Positions 28,385-37,088 of a DNA stretch of 64,000 nt are shown here, in pieces. Source of the stretch: an uncultured Candidatus Saccharibacteria bacterium (GTDB taxonomy: Bacteria > Patescibacteriota > Saccharimonadia > Saccharimonadales > Saccharimonadaceae). How positions within the stretch are numbered: the stretch's first letter is position 1; each line of letters opens with the position of its first letter. The notes beneath the pieces were generated by a model. The model saw only the letters and a program-made list of their open reading frames with translations, was not told where the DNA came from and ran no database searches. The DNA is taken from assembly GCA_964573015.1 (NCBI GenBank), contig CAZNHZ010000002.1, forward strand, positions 66,144 through 130,143, in the 5' to 3' direction. A program made the position numbers and the translations under genes.

Positions 28385-31300
28385 ATGAGGCGAGTAAAGA
28401 GACGGCAGATCTTATTGACACTCGTTTTTGCGGCCTCGATCACGGCTGTGACTAATTTGTCGGCTGTGGATACTTCAGTATGGGTTAATTCCGGGCAACC
28501 ATACAAAGAATTAGTCGGACAGTCTGTGGCCGGTAGTTCAAGCGATAAATATTGTCAGTATCGTAACGAATATGAACTTCAATACCATACCCTGTATGGG
28601 CAAAGACTATCATTTTATGAACTAGTTCCAGTATGGGGGTGTTGGTACAATACCGGTTTTGGTGTAATAGGATCGGGCTCCACGGGGTACTTGTACATCC
28701 AAGCTAGCGGAGATCCGGGAATTGTACGGTATAGAGGTGAATTATCTTTGCTTAACCACCCGCTAAATGATAGTAATGGAATAGCCTCAGCCACAAAATC
28801 GATAAAAAACGGTATAAGTTTCACCGATCTTTATATTATAGATGATTTGCAATCCCGACTTCATATCAACAAGACAGGAGCTTATGACCAATACAGCCTA
28901 TTGGGCGGAACAACCTGGAGCCTGAACGCATCGGAGAACAATGTTAGAAGCGTGGGTCATGTGGGGTCGTCAAAAAATGGCAAATGGATTATCGCGGAAG
29001 CTGGAGGTGTTTTTGTAAGAGTCAATGTAGTGACCAAGGAGGTGTTATCATTTGAGAAGTCTATGTTTGGTTACGGGTACGGCCTAGACCCATATTATGA
29101 GCTAACCGTGTCAGATGATGGCAGATATGCAATTATCTCGGGCGGAAATATCTATTCACGGATATCTAACATCTATGATCTTGCCAGCTGTCAGGCGGTA
29201 GTTGGGCAGCCCTTTACGGTTGCATCCGGATGTGGCAAGAGGAATTTTAAGACAGATGTTTTTCCGACTATGGAAGCAGACAGAAGCCCGTTTCGTTATA
29301 TTTTTAATGATGATGCAACCAACATTTCGGTGGATGTGCCCAGCGCATCCGGCGTCGGCAGTGATCGATATATCGTAACAGCGCCCGGTGTCGAGCCTCA
29401 CTACTTGGACTATCTGGCGCTTGGTGATTCATACACGTCGGGTGAGGGTGAATATGATGGAAACAAATATTATGTACCAGGCACAGATGGTAATGGGGCT
29501 AATCTCGCAATTTGGCGAACGGGCTTAGATAATTTTCCGTATCAACGTGAAAAATGCCATCTTAGTACGAGATCGTATCCATATTTGCTAGCCCGGAGTG
29601 CTGGCGTGTCGAACGACCAGTTTCATAGTGTAGCGTGTTCGGGGTCAACGATGAATGATGTCATCAATACTTCGTCCGAGTATTTTGGTAGATATGAACA
29701 ATTAAAAAATGACACATATAGTGATAAAAAAGTTGATATAAAATTAAGTGCAGTTCAGAAATTTATTCCAGGTCGCGCAGCGCAAATTGAATTCGTCAAG
29801 AAATACAAGCCCAAAGTAGTGACGATCGGTATCGGTGGCAATGACATTGGATTTTCGAATAAAATCACCGATTGTTCGGTGCCGGTCAAAACATGTGATT
29901 GGACAAATGAACTTCGATTTCATGCTGGTAAAGAAGCTCAAATCAATCTTTATTTTGGCCTTGACGAAATGTACAAGAAGCTGAAAAACGCATCACCGTC
30001 GACAAGATTTATCGCTGTGGGTTATCCGAATATTATTTCTGATCAAGATGATATTTGTGCGCCGAATGTTTGGCTGAATACATACGAGCGTCAATTCGCA
30101 CGTGAGTATGTGCGCTATATAAATCAAGTAGTCAAGGCAGCTGCCACTAACAATCATATTCAATATATTGACATCGAAGAGAGTTTGGCCGGCGATAGGT
30201 TATGCGATGCATCGTATGACGGCAAAGCAGTTCAAGGGTTGGTATATGGTAAAGATATGTCCATTCCGATTATCATTCCTGCACCTTTTGGTACGATTAG
30301 TACCTATATCGGAGTAGACTCAGAATCATATCATCCGACACATATAGGCCACCAGATGATTGCTAACTCGATCCAGTCTCAAATGGGTAGTGACAATATA
30401 ATGACTTATAATACCTGCCCCGCTCAAGCGCCTTTGGTCTGCTACCCCGTAACCACAATCAGTCCACCTTTGCCTGCGTATTTCACATCCTACAATACGC
30501 CGAATATTGAAGCGTCCGACCAAGTCACAGCCATAGAGAGTGCGTACATGATCGATAATAAAGCTGCAGTACAACAGGGCCAGAATATCACTGTCACTCA
30601 GCCTAGGCTTAAGAATGGTGAAATGACTAAGTTGGCGCCGAACCAAACGGCTCCTATAACTATGCGTTCCGACCCGCAACAAGTCGGTACTATACAAACT
30701 GACGCAGAAAGTGTTCCTAGCGGCAGTGTCACCATACCCGAGAATACCGAGCCCGGTTATCACACATTAATCATCGAAATGAAAAATTCTCTATATCAAA
30801 ATGTAGCTTTGTATCAGCCGATATTCGTTTATGACACTATCGAAGATTTTGACGGCGACGGCACTCCGAATGACAAAGAGGTTTGCGGGTTGGTTGAGCC
30901 GGCTGGGCAAGATCGAGATCGTGATGGGGTGGACGATGCATGTGATGGTATTATCAGTGAACCACCAGACACGACGCCGCCAACCGTCACGGCAAAACTG
31001 GTTTCACAGCCAAACGAAAATGGATGGTATGACAAACATGTCACCATACAGTGGGATGTGACGGATGACAAAGATACCGATATTGCTCCGCCAGCCGATA
31101 TCGTGGCAGATAAAGAAAGCGAACATACCTACACGTCGGCGGAAGTTTGTGACGCTGCGGGCAACTGCGCGAGTGGCTCTATCACTCTCAAAGTCGACAC
31201 GACACCCCCCATAATTACAGCGCCCACATTTAGCACTAATCCGAAATCCGTAACAGAACACTCTACGATGAGTGCGGGAGTCACGGAAATAACAAGTGGT

Positions 31301-31993
31301 CTTGCTGAGGCTGAATATTTCATTGCGGATGATCCTGGTTTGGGCAATGGCGCAACGATGACAATCAATGATTTGACCACATTGACCGAATTTGGCACTG
31401 ACTTTGTTACTGGGGTTTACAAAATCTCTGTTCGTGCCCGGGATAAAGCCGGAAACTGGAGCGCGCCGTCTAGTGATTATCTCGCGGTTTACGATGTATC
31501 TAGCGGGGTGCGGTTTCGCGGCGCGCGTACGCTGAATTTGACCAATGGTGACAATAAATTGCCGTGGGTCACAAACCCGTCTATTAAACCAGGCAAGTTT
31601 GCATTTAGCGTACGTTACGGTAACGATGGTACGGTTACGAGACAGAGTGATTTCCAGTTTGCATACAAAACAGGCGAAAATTGTCATAAACCGGCTATAA
31701 CCAAAGACTGTCATTCCGTAGAGCTGAACGCATCACGTATATCATGGCTCACGACCGGCGGCAGTAATCAATCGTACGGTGTATTCCATGGAGAAGGTGT
31801 TTTACGATTAGACAACCAGACACAAAATATATCATTTACGGTGCATGGCGTAGATGGTGAACGGCTGAGCCCAGTTGACAACGATGAATTTAGTCTCACT
31901 ATATATCCGCCGGATGCTATGTTATCCTCCGAACCTCTATATTTTATCGCACCGTCAGATCTGAAGCGTGGGGATATAAAAATTAGGTTTTGA
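28385..31993 (+). CDS. Large secreted multidomain protein with a central SGNH/GDSL hydrolase domain
   Basis: 1202 aa with a signal peptide. GDSL block I is YLALGDSYTSGEG, block II is IGIGGNDIGF, and block V is SYHPTHIGH. A thrombospondin-type-3-like Ca-binding motif is DFDGDGTPND...DRDRDGVDDACD. Ig-like modules occupy the C-terminus. Confidence 0.8.
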   Translation: MRRVKRRQILLTLVFAASITAVTNLSAVDTSVWVNSGQPYKELVGQSVAGSSSDKYCQYRNEYELQYHTLYGQRLSFYELVPVWGCWYNTGFGVIGSGSTGYLYIQASGDPGIVRYRGELSLLNHPLNDSNGIASATKSIKNGISFTDLYIIDDLQSRLHINKTGAYDQYSLLGGTTWSLNASENNVRSVGHVGSSKNGKWIIAEAGGVFVRVNVVTKEVLSFEKSMFGYGYGLDPYYELTVSDDGRYAIISGGNIYSRISNIYDLASCQAVVGQPFTVASGCGKRNFKTDVFPTMEADRSPFRYIFNDDATNISVDVPSASGVGSDRYIVTAPGVEPHYLDYLALGDSYTSGEGEYDGNKYYVPGTDGNGANLAIWRTGLDNFPYQREKCHLSTRSYPYLLARSAGVSNDQFHSVACSGSTMNDVINTSSEYFGRYEQLKNDTYSDKKVDIKLSAVQKFIPGRAAQIEFVKKYKPKVVTIGIGGNDIGFSNKITDCSVPVKTCDWTNELRFHAGKEAQINLYFGLDEMYKKLKNASPSTRFIAVGYPNIISDQDDICAPNVWLNTYERQFAREYVRYINQVVKAAATNNHIQYIDIEESLAGDRLCDASYDGKAVQGLVYGKDMSIPIIIPAPFGTISTYIGVDSESYHPTHIGHQMIANSIQSQMGSDNIMTYNTCPAQAPLVCYPVTTISPPLPAYFTSYNTPNIEASDQVTAIESAYMIDNKAAVQQGQNITVTQPRLKNGEMTKLAPNQTAPITMRSDPQQVGTIQTDAESVPSGSVTIPENTEPGYHTLIIEMKNSLYQNVALYQPIFVYDTIEDFDGDGTPNDKEVCGLVEPAGQDRDRDGVDDACDGIISEPPDTTPPTVTAKLVSQPNENGWYDKHVTIQWDVTDDKDTDIAPPADIVADKESEHTYTSAEVCDAAGNCASGSITLKVDTTPPIITAPTFSTNPKSVTEHSTMSAGVTEITSGLAEAEYFIADDPGLGNGATMTINDLTTLTEFGTDFVTGVYKISVRARDKAGNWSAPSSDYLAVYDVSSGVRFRGARTLNLTNGDNKLPWVTNPSIKPGKFAFSVRYGNDGTVTRQSDFQFAYKTGENCHKPAITKDCHSVELNASRISWLTTGGSNQSYGVFHGEGVLRLDNQTQNISFTVHGVDGERLSPVDNDEFSLTIYPPDAMLSSEPLYFIAPSDLKRGDIKIRF

Positions 31994-32550
31994 TAGGATA
32001 TAATATCCACAACTATGAAAAAGAAAAACGAAATTAAATAAATTTATAACAGCTATTATTTCACTGGTATTTTTAGGATTGATTATCATCGTGACTTTTA
32101 CGTGCTACGTTTCACTTATATCTGATGAATTAAAGAAAGTTACTCAAATGAAACAGCAAATGCAACAAATTTATAATGACCTGTCTAGAGCTGCGTCGGG
32201 ATGGGATTATATGGAGAGGTCTACGGTAACGGCAAAGAAATTGAATATCAAGCTCTTGATTGCCAAGTTTCAATACAAAAAAAGATGTCGTTAACTGACG
32301 CGCGAGCTCATCATGATCAGTATAAAGATACGATAAAAAATAACGGGCTATAAAGAGATATAACGATCTGATTTTACAGAGGTATTCTCAGGTGACAATA
32401 TTAAATGCTACACACAGTATTAAGAAGAAAAAAGTAAGTATTATATTATATGTAGTACTCCATCCTCAAAGTTTTATTTCCCATATATGAGTCGATAATA
32501 ACGATTACATACTAGCAAAATAAGATAAAAAGCACTATCATTAATGCAAC

Positions 32551-33057
32551 ATGTCCAAAAAAAATAAAAAAACGAAATTTAAACTACTGATTGAGTTTAT
32601 CAAGGTTCAGATTGCCGGAAATATTCTTTTTTGGGTGACCTATGGGTCGTATTTTATTTTTGACTCAATAGCGCGCATACCGTATCCGGTAAGTTTTGTC
32701 ATGGCGTCAATCACTGGCAATATCGTCTTTTTCTTGGTCGATCGGCACTGGATATATAATGCGAAAAACGGCAAACGAAAATCATCGCGCGAGATATTTC
32801 GGTTTATCATTTTTATGGTTGTAAACTTTTTCTTGAACCTGTTTATAGTCGAAAGCCTGAACGATCGTTTGGAAATAACGCCATACATTGGGCAGTTTAT
32901 CTCGGCAGCATTTTTCAGCGTTTGGACATTTTTGGGACTACATTTTTGGGTGTTTCAGCCGGAATATACTCGACACCCTGCCCTAACATACACTCGACGG
33001 AGGAAAAAGACAAATGGACGAAAATCGGCCAAGCAAAAAGCAGCGCGAGCTACTTAA
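32551..33057 (+). CDS. GtrA-like small membrane protein (lipid-linked sugar translocation family)
   Basis: 168 aa with four TM helices. The F.KVQIAGNILFWV... start and the ...LHFWVF end are typical of the GtrA family. A basic C-terminal tail overlaps the next gene. Confidence 0.6.
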   Translation: MSKKNKKTKFKLLIEFIKVQIAGNILFWVTYGSYFIFDSIARIPYPVSFVMASITGNIVFFLVDRHWIYNAKNGKRKSSREIFRFIIFMVVNFFLNLFIVESLNDRLEITPYIGQFISAAFFSVWTFLGLHFWVFQPEYTRHPALTYTRRRKKTNGRKSAKQKAARAT

Positions 33058-33469
33058 TTTTATCGACGGGTTTGTCAAGGGCTATGGCTATGGCCCGAGC
33101 TATCGCGAGATTATGCGAGCTCTTAATTATAAATCGGTGTCGACGGTTGCGGCTCATGTTGACAATCTTATCGCCAAAGGGCATTTAATCAAAAAAGATA
33201 ATTCCGCTCGCACGCTGGAGGCGGTATCGCCAAGTGTGACAGCCCAGCATCAACCATCTGCACATTTACATGTCGATATGCATAAGCAATGGCTGGTCGA
33301 ACGGGTAAAAATGAGGATAAAGTCGTATCACGGTAAGCCTGATGATACGAAACGGGCAAATGCTGAGACACTGATTGAGTCGGTTAGACTTTTGGTAGAT
33401 CATAGCGCCGCGGAAGAACTCGAAAAGCTGCTCGCTTCAGAGGTTTACACCTCTAAAGAAACAGGGTAA
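33014..33469 (+). CDS. LexA N-terminal winged-helix DNA-binding domain protein lacking the S24 peptidase domain
   Basis: 151 aa. KKQRELLNFIDGFVKGYGYGPSYREIMRALNYKSVSTVAAHVDNLIAKGHL matches the LexA DNA-binding domain. There is no Ala-Gly cleavage site or Ser/Lys dyad region. A GGAGG SD lies upstream. Confidence 0.75.
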   Translation: MDENRPSKKQRELLNFIDGFVKGYGYGPSYREIMRALNYKSVSTVAAHVDNLIAKGHLIKKDNSARTLEAVSPSVTAQHQPSAHLHVDMHKQWLVERVKMRIKSYHGKPDDTKRANAETLIESVRLLVDHSAAEELEKLLASEVYTSKETG

Positions 33470-33549
33470 AATAGCTCTTGTATAATTCGCCAAGCAGCGG
33501 ATCGCACCTAACAATCACCAGACCACTTCTACCAAGGTGGTCTGAACAT

Positions 33550-33624
33550 TCCGGCGTAGCGCAGCGGTAGCGCAGTTGACTGTTAATCAATTGGTCGCTG
33601 GTTCGAATCCAGCCGCCGGAGCCA
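33550..33624 (+). tRNA. tRNA-Asn (anticodon GTT), CCA encoded
   Basis: Folded by hand. Acceptor TCCGGCG/CGCCGGA, D arm GCGC-AGCGGTA-GCGC, anticodon arm GTTGA-CTGTTAA-TCAAT, T arm GCTGG-TTCGAAT-CCAGC, discriminator G, then CCA. Confidence 0.9.
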
Positions 33625-33858
33625 GACTCAGCAGGTAAATACCCAGACCGGGTTCCCTCACCAAAAGTCAGATTTACCCCTTGAGTCAGACAAAAGTACC
33701 AATTCTTACCATAAGGTACAAAACCGATGGAACCGTCCGAAAGGGCGGATCTTTCATTTCACCCCTGTAGACGAGTTTCAACCCAGTGTCTCATATCTTG
33801 AAAGAGCAAGCACCACAAAAATGACCCGTTTCCTAGACCTATTCAGGATTACCACAAA

Positions 33859-33885
33859 TTAGCACTCTTGATATGAGAGTGCTAA
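33859..33885. promoter_or_regulatory. CIRCE operator (HrcA binding site), perfect match
   Basis: TTAGCACTC-ttgatatga-GAGTGCTAA matches the consensus TTAGCACTC-N9-GAGTGCTAA. It lies 31 nt upstream of the clpB ATG. Confidence 0.9.
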
Positions 33886-33896
33886 TTTACTATAAT
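33868..33896 (+). promoter_or_regulatory. Sigma-70-type promoter of clpB, overlapping CIRCE
   Basis: -35 TTGATA (33868-33873), a 17-nt spacer and -10 TATAAT (33891-33896). SD AAGGAGG lies at 33903-33909. Confidence 0.7.
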
Positions 33897-33915
33897 TTAA
33901 TTAAGGAGGTTCGTT

Positions 33916-36051
33916 ATGCAATCAGATGATAGTAGCAAGAAATCACTTGAACAATTTGGACAAGACTTCACAGCGCTTGCACGCGAAGGCAAACTCGATC
34001 CTGTTATTGGCCGCGATGAAGAAATTCGTCGCTGTATGCAAATTTTGTCACGAAGAAGCAAGAATAATCCGGTGCTTATTGGCGAGCCTGGCGTAGGCAA
34101 AACCGCAATTGTAGAAGGCTTAGCCCAGCGAATAATCAAAGGTGACGTTCCGCAAAGTCTTAGAAACAAACGCCTGATCGGGCTTGAAATCAGCAGCATA
34201 CTGGCAGGCGCTGGCTATCGGGGCCAGTTTGAGGAACGACTACAAGCAGTCTTAAAAGAAATTGAGGAAGCGGCTGGCGAGATTATTCTATTCATCGATG
34301 AAATTCATACTATTGTTGGTGCCGGAAAGGCAGAAGGTGCCGTAGATGCAGCCAATATGCTCAAGCCAATGATGGCGCGAGGCAAACTGCATCTTATTGG
34401 TGCCACAACGCTTAATGAGTATAAGCAGTACATTGAAAAAGATGCGGCACTAGAGCGTCGCTTGCAGCCAGTGTATGTTGGCGAGCCAGATTTTGATGAC
34501 ACAGTCGCCATACTGCGCGGTCTGCAAGAGAAATACGAAGTCCATCATGGAGTTAAAATTCTTGACGATGCGATTGTGGCGGCGGCTCGTTTAAGTGATC
34601 GCTATATTACCGAGCGTTTTTTGCCCGATAAGGCTGTCGACCTGATAGACGAAGCAACGTCTGCTCTGAAGATGCAGCTTGACTCTAAACCTATAGAGCT
34701 TGACCGCTTAAATAGGCGTATTATGCAGCTCCAGATTGAGCAGACGGCACTGAAAAAAGACAAAAGCGAGACGGCAAAGCACAGAAAAGCCGAAATAGAA
34801 CAAGATATTACCACTCTATCTGAACAAGCAAAAACGCTTGAAGCGGCTTGGCAAAAAGAGAAGGCATTGATTGATAAGTTAAACACCGAGAATGAGAAAC
34901 TCGAAGCAGCCAAGACAGAGTTGGAATTGGCAGAAAACGAAGGTGACCTAAGTACTGCTAGTCGTATTAAGTATGGCGAGATTCCTGAAATTGAACAAAA
35001 CATCACCGAGTATCGACGACAGATCAATATGATACCAGCCGATAAGCGGCTGCTAAGAGATGAGGTTACTGCTGACGACATTGCTGCGGTTGTGTCGCGC
35101 TGGACCGGTATACCAGTGGATCGCTTCAAAGAGAGCGAAACTCAAAAACTCACTCACCTAGAAGAAGACTTGCACAAGCGTGTAATAGGACAAGACAGAG
35201 CAGTTCAAGCTGTAGCAAATGCCATTAGGCGCTCGCGCGCCGGCATAGGCGACCAAAAGCGACCTATCGGCTCGTTTTTGTTCCTTGGCCCAACAGGAGT
35301 AGGCAAAACCGAACTCGCAAAAAGTCTGGCGGCATCTTTGTTTGATGATGAACGGGCGATTACGCGAATCGACATGAGCGAATATATGGAAAAGCATGCG
35401 GTCTCTCGCTTGATAGGCTCTCCTCCGGGGTATATAGGGTATGAACAGGGTGGTCAGCTCACTGAAGCAATACGCCGCAGGCCTTATAGTATTGTGCTCT
35501 TTGATGAGATTGAAAAAGCACATCAAGATGTCTTTAACGTATTATTGCAGGTCTTAGATGACGGCAGACTCACAGATGGTCAAGGGCGAAATGTAAACTT
35601 TTCTAACACAGTCATCATTATGACCAGTAACATTGGCTCGCAGTTTATTCAAGAATGGGACGGTAAGGATTTCAATAATCTAGAAGTAGCCTTGCACAAA
35701 GAGCTAGGTAAACATTTCCGACCCGAATTTATTAATCGCATTGACGATATTGTTATTTTTGACCGCATCAAAAAAGAAGACATGAAGCATATTGTTGAAG
35801 TTCAGTTACATGCTATGCTTGCGGATATTGAGAAATCGAAAAATATAAATATCCTCTTTACACCCCAAGCAAAAGCGGCGCTGGCTCAAGAAGGTTACGA
35901 TAAAGCTTTTGGTGCACGGCCATTGAAACGAGTAATACAAAAACGCATTCTCGATGAGCTCGCTCGACAAATCATTGTAGGTAAGGTGTCAGAAAACTCG
36001 AAAGTTACCGTTGACTATGATGGCGAAGATTTTTCAATAAAAACGATATAA
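33916..36051 (+). CDS. clpB: ClpB disaggregase, short form lacking the N-terminal domain
   Basis: 711 aa. It starts just before NBD1 ([13 protein letters not shown]; Walker [10 protein letters not shown]). It has a coiled-coil M domain and NBD2 (GPTGVGKTE). Confidence 0.93.
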   Translation: MQSDDSSKKSLEQFGQDFTALAREGKLDPVIGRDEEIRRCMQILSRRSKNNPVLIGEPGVGKTAIVEGLAQRIIKGDVPQSLRNKRLIGLEISSILAGAGYRGQFEERLQAVLKEIEEAAGEIILFIDEIHTIVGAGKAEGAVDAANMLKPMMARGKLHLIGATTLNEYKQYIEKDAALERRLQPVYVGEPDFDDTVAILRGLQEKYEVHHGVKILDDAIVAAARLSDRYITERFLPDKAVDLIDEATSALKMQLDSKPIELDRLNRRIMQLQIEQTALKKDKSETAKHRKAEIEQDITTLSEQAKTLEAAWQKEKALIDKLNTENEKLEAAKTELELAENEGDLSTASRIKYGEIPEIEQNITEYRRQINMIPADKRLLRDEVTADDIAAVVSRWTGIPVDRFKESETQKLTHLEEDLHKRVIGQDRAVQAVANAIRRSRAGIGDQKRPIGSFLFLGPTGVGKTELAKSLAASLFDDERAITRIDMSEYMEKHAVSRLIGSPPGYIGYEQGGQLTEAIRRRPYSIVLFDEIEKAHQDVFNVLLQVLDDGRLTDGQGRNVNFSNTVIIMTSNIGSQFIQEWDGKDFNNLEVALHKELGKHFRPEFINRIDDIVIFDRIKKEDMKHIVEVQLHAMLADIEKSKNINILFTPQAKAALAQEGYDKAFGARPLKRVIQKRILDELARQIIVGKVSENSKVTVDYDGEDFSIKTI

Positions 36052-36189
36052 CACGACACCTAACGGATGTTGGTTGAAATATAGTAACCTTAAAGTCGTT
36101 ATTAGATATAGTTGGTTAGAAATCAATCCTAACGTAAAAATGCTCTAAGTAGTTCGTCATAGCCACGAAATTCACAAAAGTAGATTGAA

Positions 36190-36216
36190 TTAGCACTCTT
36201 GACATGAGAGTGCTAA
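36190..36216. promoter_or_regulatory. CIRCE operator (HrcA binding site), perfect match
   Basis: TTAGCACTC-ttgacatga-GAGTGCTAA, lying 74 nt upstream of the hsp20 ATG. Confidence 0.9.
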
Positions 36217-36227
36217 TTTTCTACACT
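36199..36227 (+). promoter_or_regulatory. Sigma-70-type promoter of hsp20, overlapping CIRCE
   Basis: -35 TTGACA (36199-36204), a 17-nt spacer and -10-like TACACT (36222-36227). Confidence 0.6.
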
Positions 36228-36289
36228 GAATATAGAAGCTTAGTATGCTTCTCTGGAAACCATTAAAACAATGATGAAAGGAGAAAATT

Positions 36290-36715
36290 ATGAGCAATCT
36301 TGTAAAGTGGGATCCGTTTGTAGAACTCTCTGCACTACAAAAGCAATTCTTTGGTGATGACTGGATGTCGCCACTAAAAGGCGTTAACATCCCAACAACT
36401 GACGTATTCACTAAAGACAACAACCTAGTAGTCGAGGCACATTTACCAAACTTCGAGCAAAAGGATGTGAATATTGAAGTGGAAAACGGTGCTCTTGTAA
36501 TCAGTGCGGAGCGACACGAGAAAGAAGAGGATAAAGGTAAGCAATACGTCGTTCGCGAAAGCTCCAGTAGCTTTTACCGCCGAATTGCGCTACCGAAACG
36601 AGCTAATGCCGACAAGATTGAAGCACACTTGGACGATGGCGTGTTGAAGGTCAGCGTACCCCTAACACCGCTACCAGAACCTAAGAAAATCGCCATCAGT
36701 TCGAAGAAAAAGTAA
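36290..36715 (+). CDS. hsp20: Small heat-shock protein (Hsp20/alpha-crystallin family)
   Basis: 141 aa with an alpha-crystallin domain (...FYRRIALP...AHLDDGVLKVSVP). SD AAAGGAG lies at 36277-36283. Confidence 0.9.
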   Translation: MSNLVKWDPFVELSALQKQFFGDDWMSPLKGVNIPTTDVFTKDNNLVVEAHLPNFEQKDVNIEVENGALVISAERHEKEEDKGKQYVVRESSSSFYRRIALPKRANADKIEAHLDDGVLKVSVPLTPLPEPKKIAISSKKK

Positions 36716-36732
36716 CATTGTAGGATCCGACT

Positions 36733-36762
36733 AAAGAGGCTCGTTATTGAGCCTCTTTTTTT
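36733..36762 (+). terminator. Intrinsic terminator of hsp20
   Basis: 10-bp stem aaagaggctc / gagcctcttt with a 6-nt loop, followed by a T-run. Confidence 0.8.
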
Positions 36763-36890
36763 ATGACAAGTGCGGTATTTGTTCGTTAAATACCATAATA
36801 AATGAGACACTTCAAATATATGCGTTTCGTGTCTCATTTGTCTCATTTTGTTTTCCCCAACTCTGTAATAGTTCGTGACCAGTAAGCTTA

Positions 36891-36931
36891 GCCATAGAAA
36901 AGCCACCCCTTGTGGGTGGTTTTTCTATGGC
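36891..36931. terminator. Strong 18-bp hairpin (bidirectional terminator-like) in a non-coding region
   Basis: gccatagaaaagccaccc-cttgt-gggtggtttttctatggc. The inner GC stem is followed by T5 on the + strand. Confidence 0.55.
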
Positions 36932-36991
36932 TTTCCCGTCGGTCTGGTTCCGTACCATCGACTCGGCAGCATAGCTGCCGAAATTCGCTGG

Positions 36992-37088
36992 TACGGCGTA
37001 GCGCAGCGAAGCGAGAAAAGCACTAAGTATTTTTTTCGCAAGCAAGCGGAGGAGTCAGCCGACTGGCGGACGCTATCCAGCCGCCGTG
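36992..37088 (+). other. tRNA-like degenerate element (97 nt) sharing both ends with tRNA-Asn
   Basis: 15-nt identity cggcgtagcgcagcg (36994-37008 vs 33552-33566) and 12-nt identity atccagccgccg (37075-37086 vs 33607-33618). A 7-bp acceptor-like stem TACGGCG/CGCCGTG and a D-arm-like GCGC-AGCGAA-GCGA are present. There is no canonical T loop or anticodon loop. Confidence 0.4.

Noticed and set aside
31004-31714. 236-aa antisense ORF within the SGNH-protein gene, and 175-aa and 122-aa antisense ORFs within clpB (34602-35526)
   Set aside because: These are shadow ORFs opposite well-supported genes. Their composition is low-complexity Arg/Ser/Cys-rich.
33625-33858. 234-nt ORF-free stretch directly 3' of tRNA-Asn, considered as an integration scar (att site) or an ncRNA such as tmRNA, SRP RNA or RNase P RNA
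   Set aside because: There is no integrase or mobile gene nearby and no direct repeat of the tRNA 3' end within it. The signature motifs are absent: GGAAGCAGCC for SRP, GAGGAAAGTCC for RNase P and a tRNA-like TTCGA end for tmRNA. Only a small GNRA hairpin (ccgtcc-gaaa-gggcgg, ~33734-33749) is present. I leave it unexplained.
36978-37000. T-box-like sequence AAATTCGCTGGTACGGCG, resembling the T-box antiterminator motif AAATTAGGGTGGTACCGCG
   Set aside because: The match is imperfect, with a 1-nt gap and two mismatches in the core. I found no Stem I specifier, AG-bulge or distal-loop features, and no terminator follows. The downstream gene is zwf, not an aminoacyl-tRNA-related gene. I treat it as coincidence and fold it into the tRNA-like relic finding.
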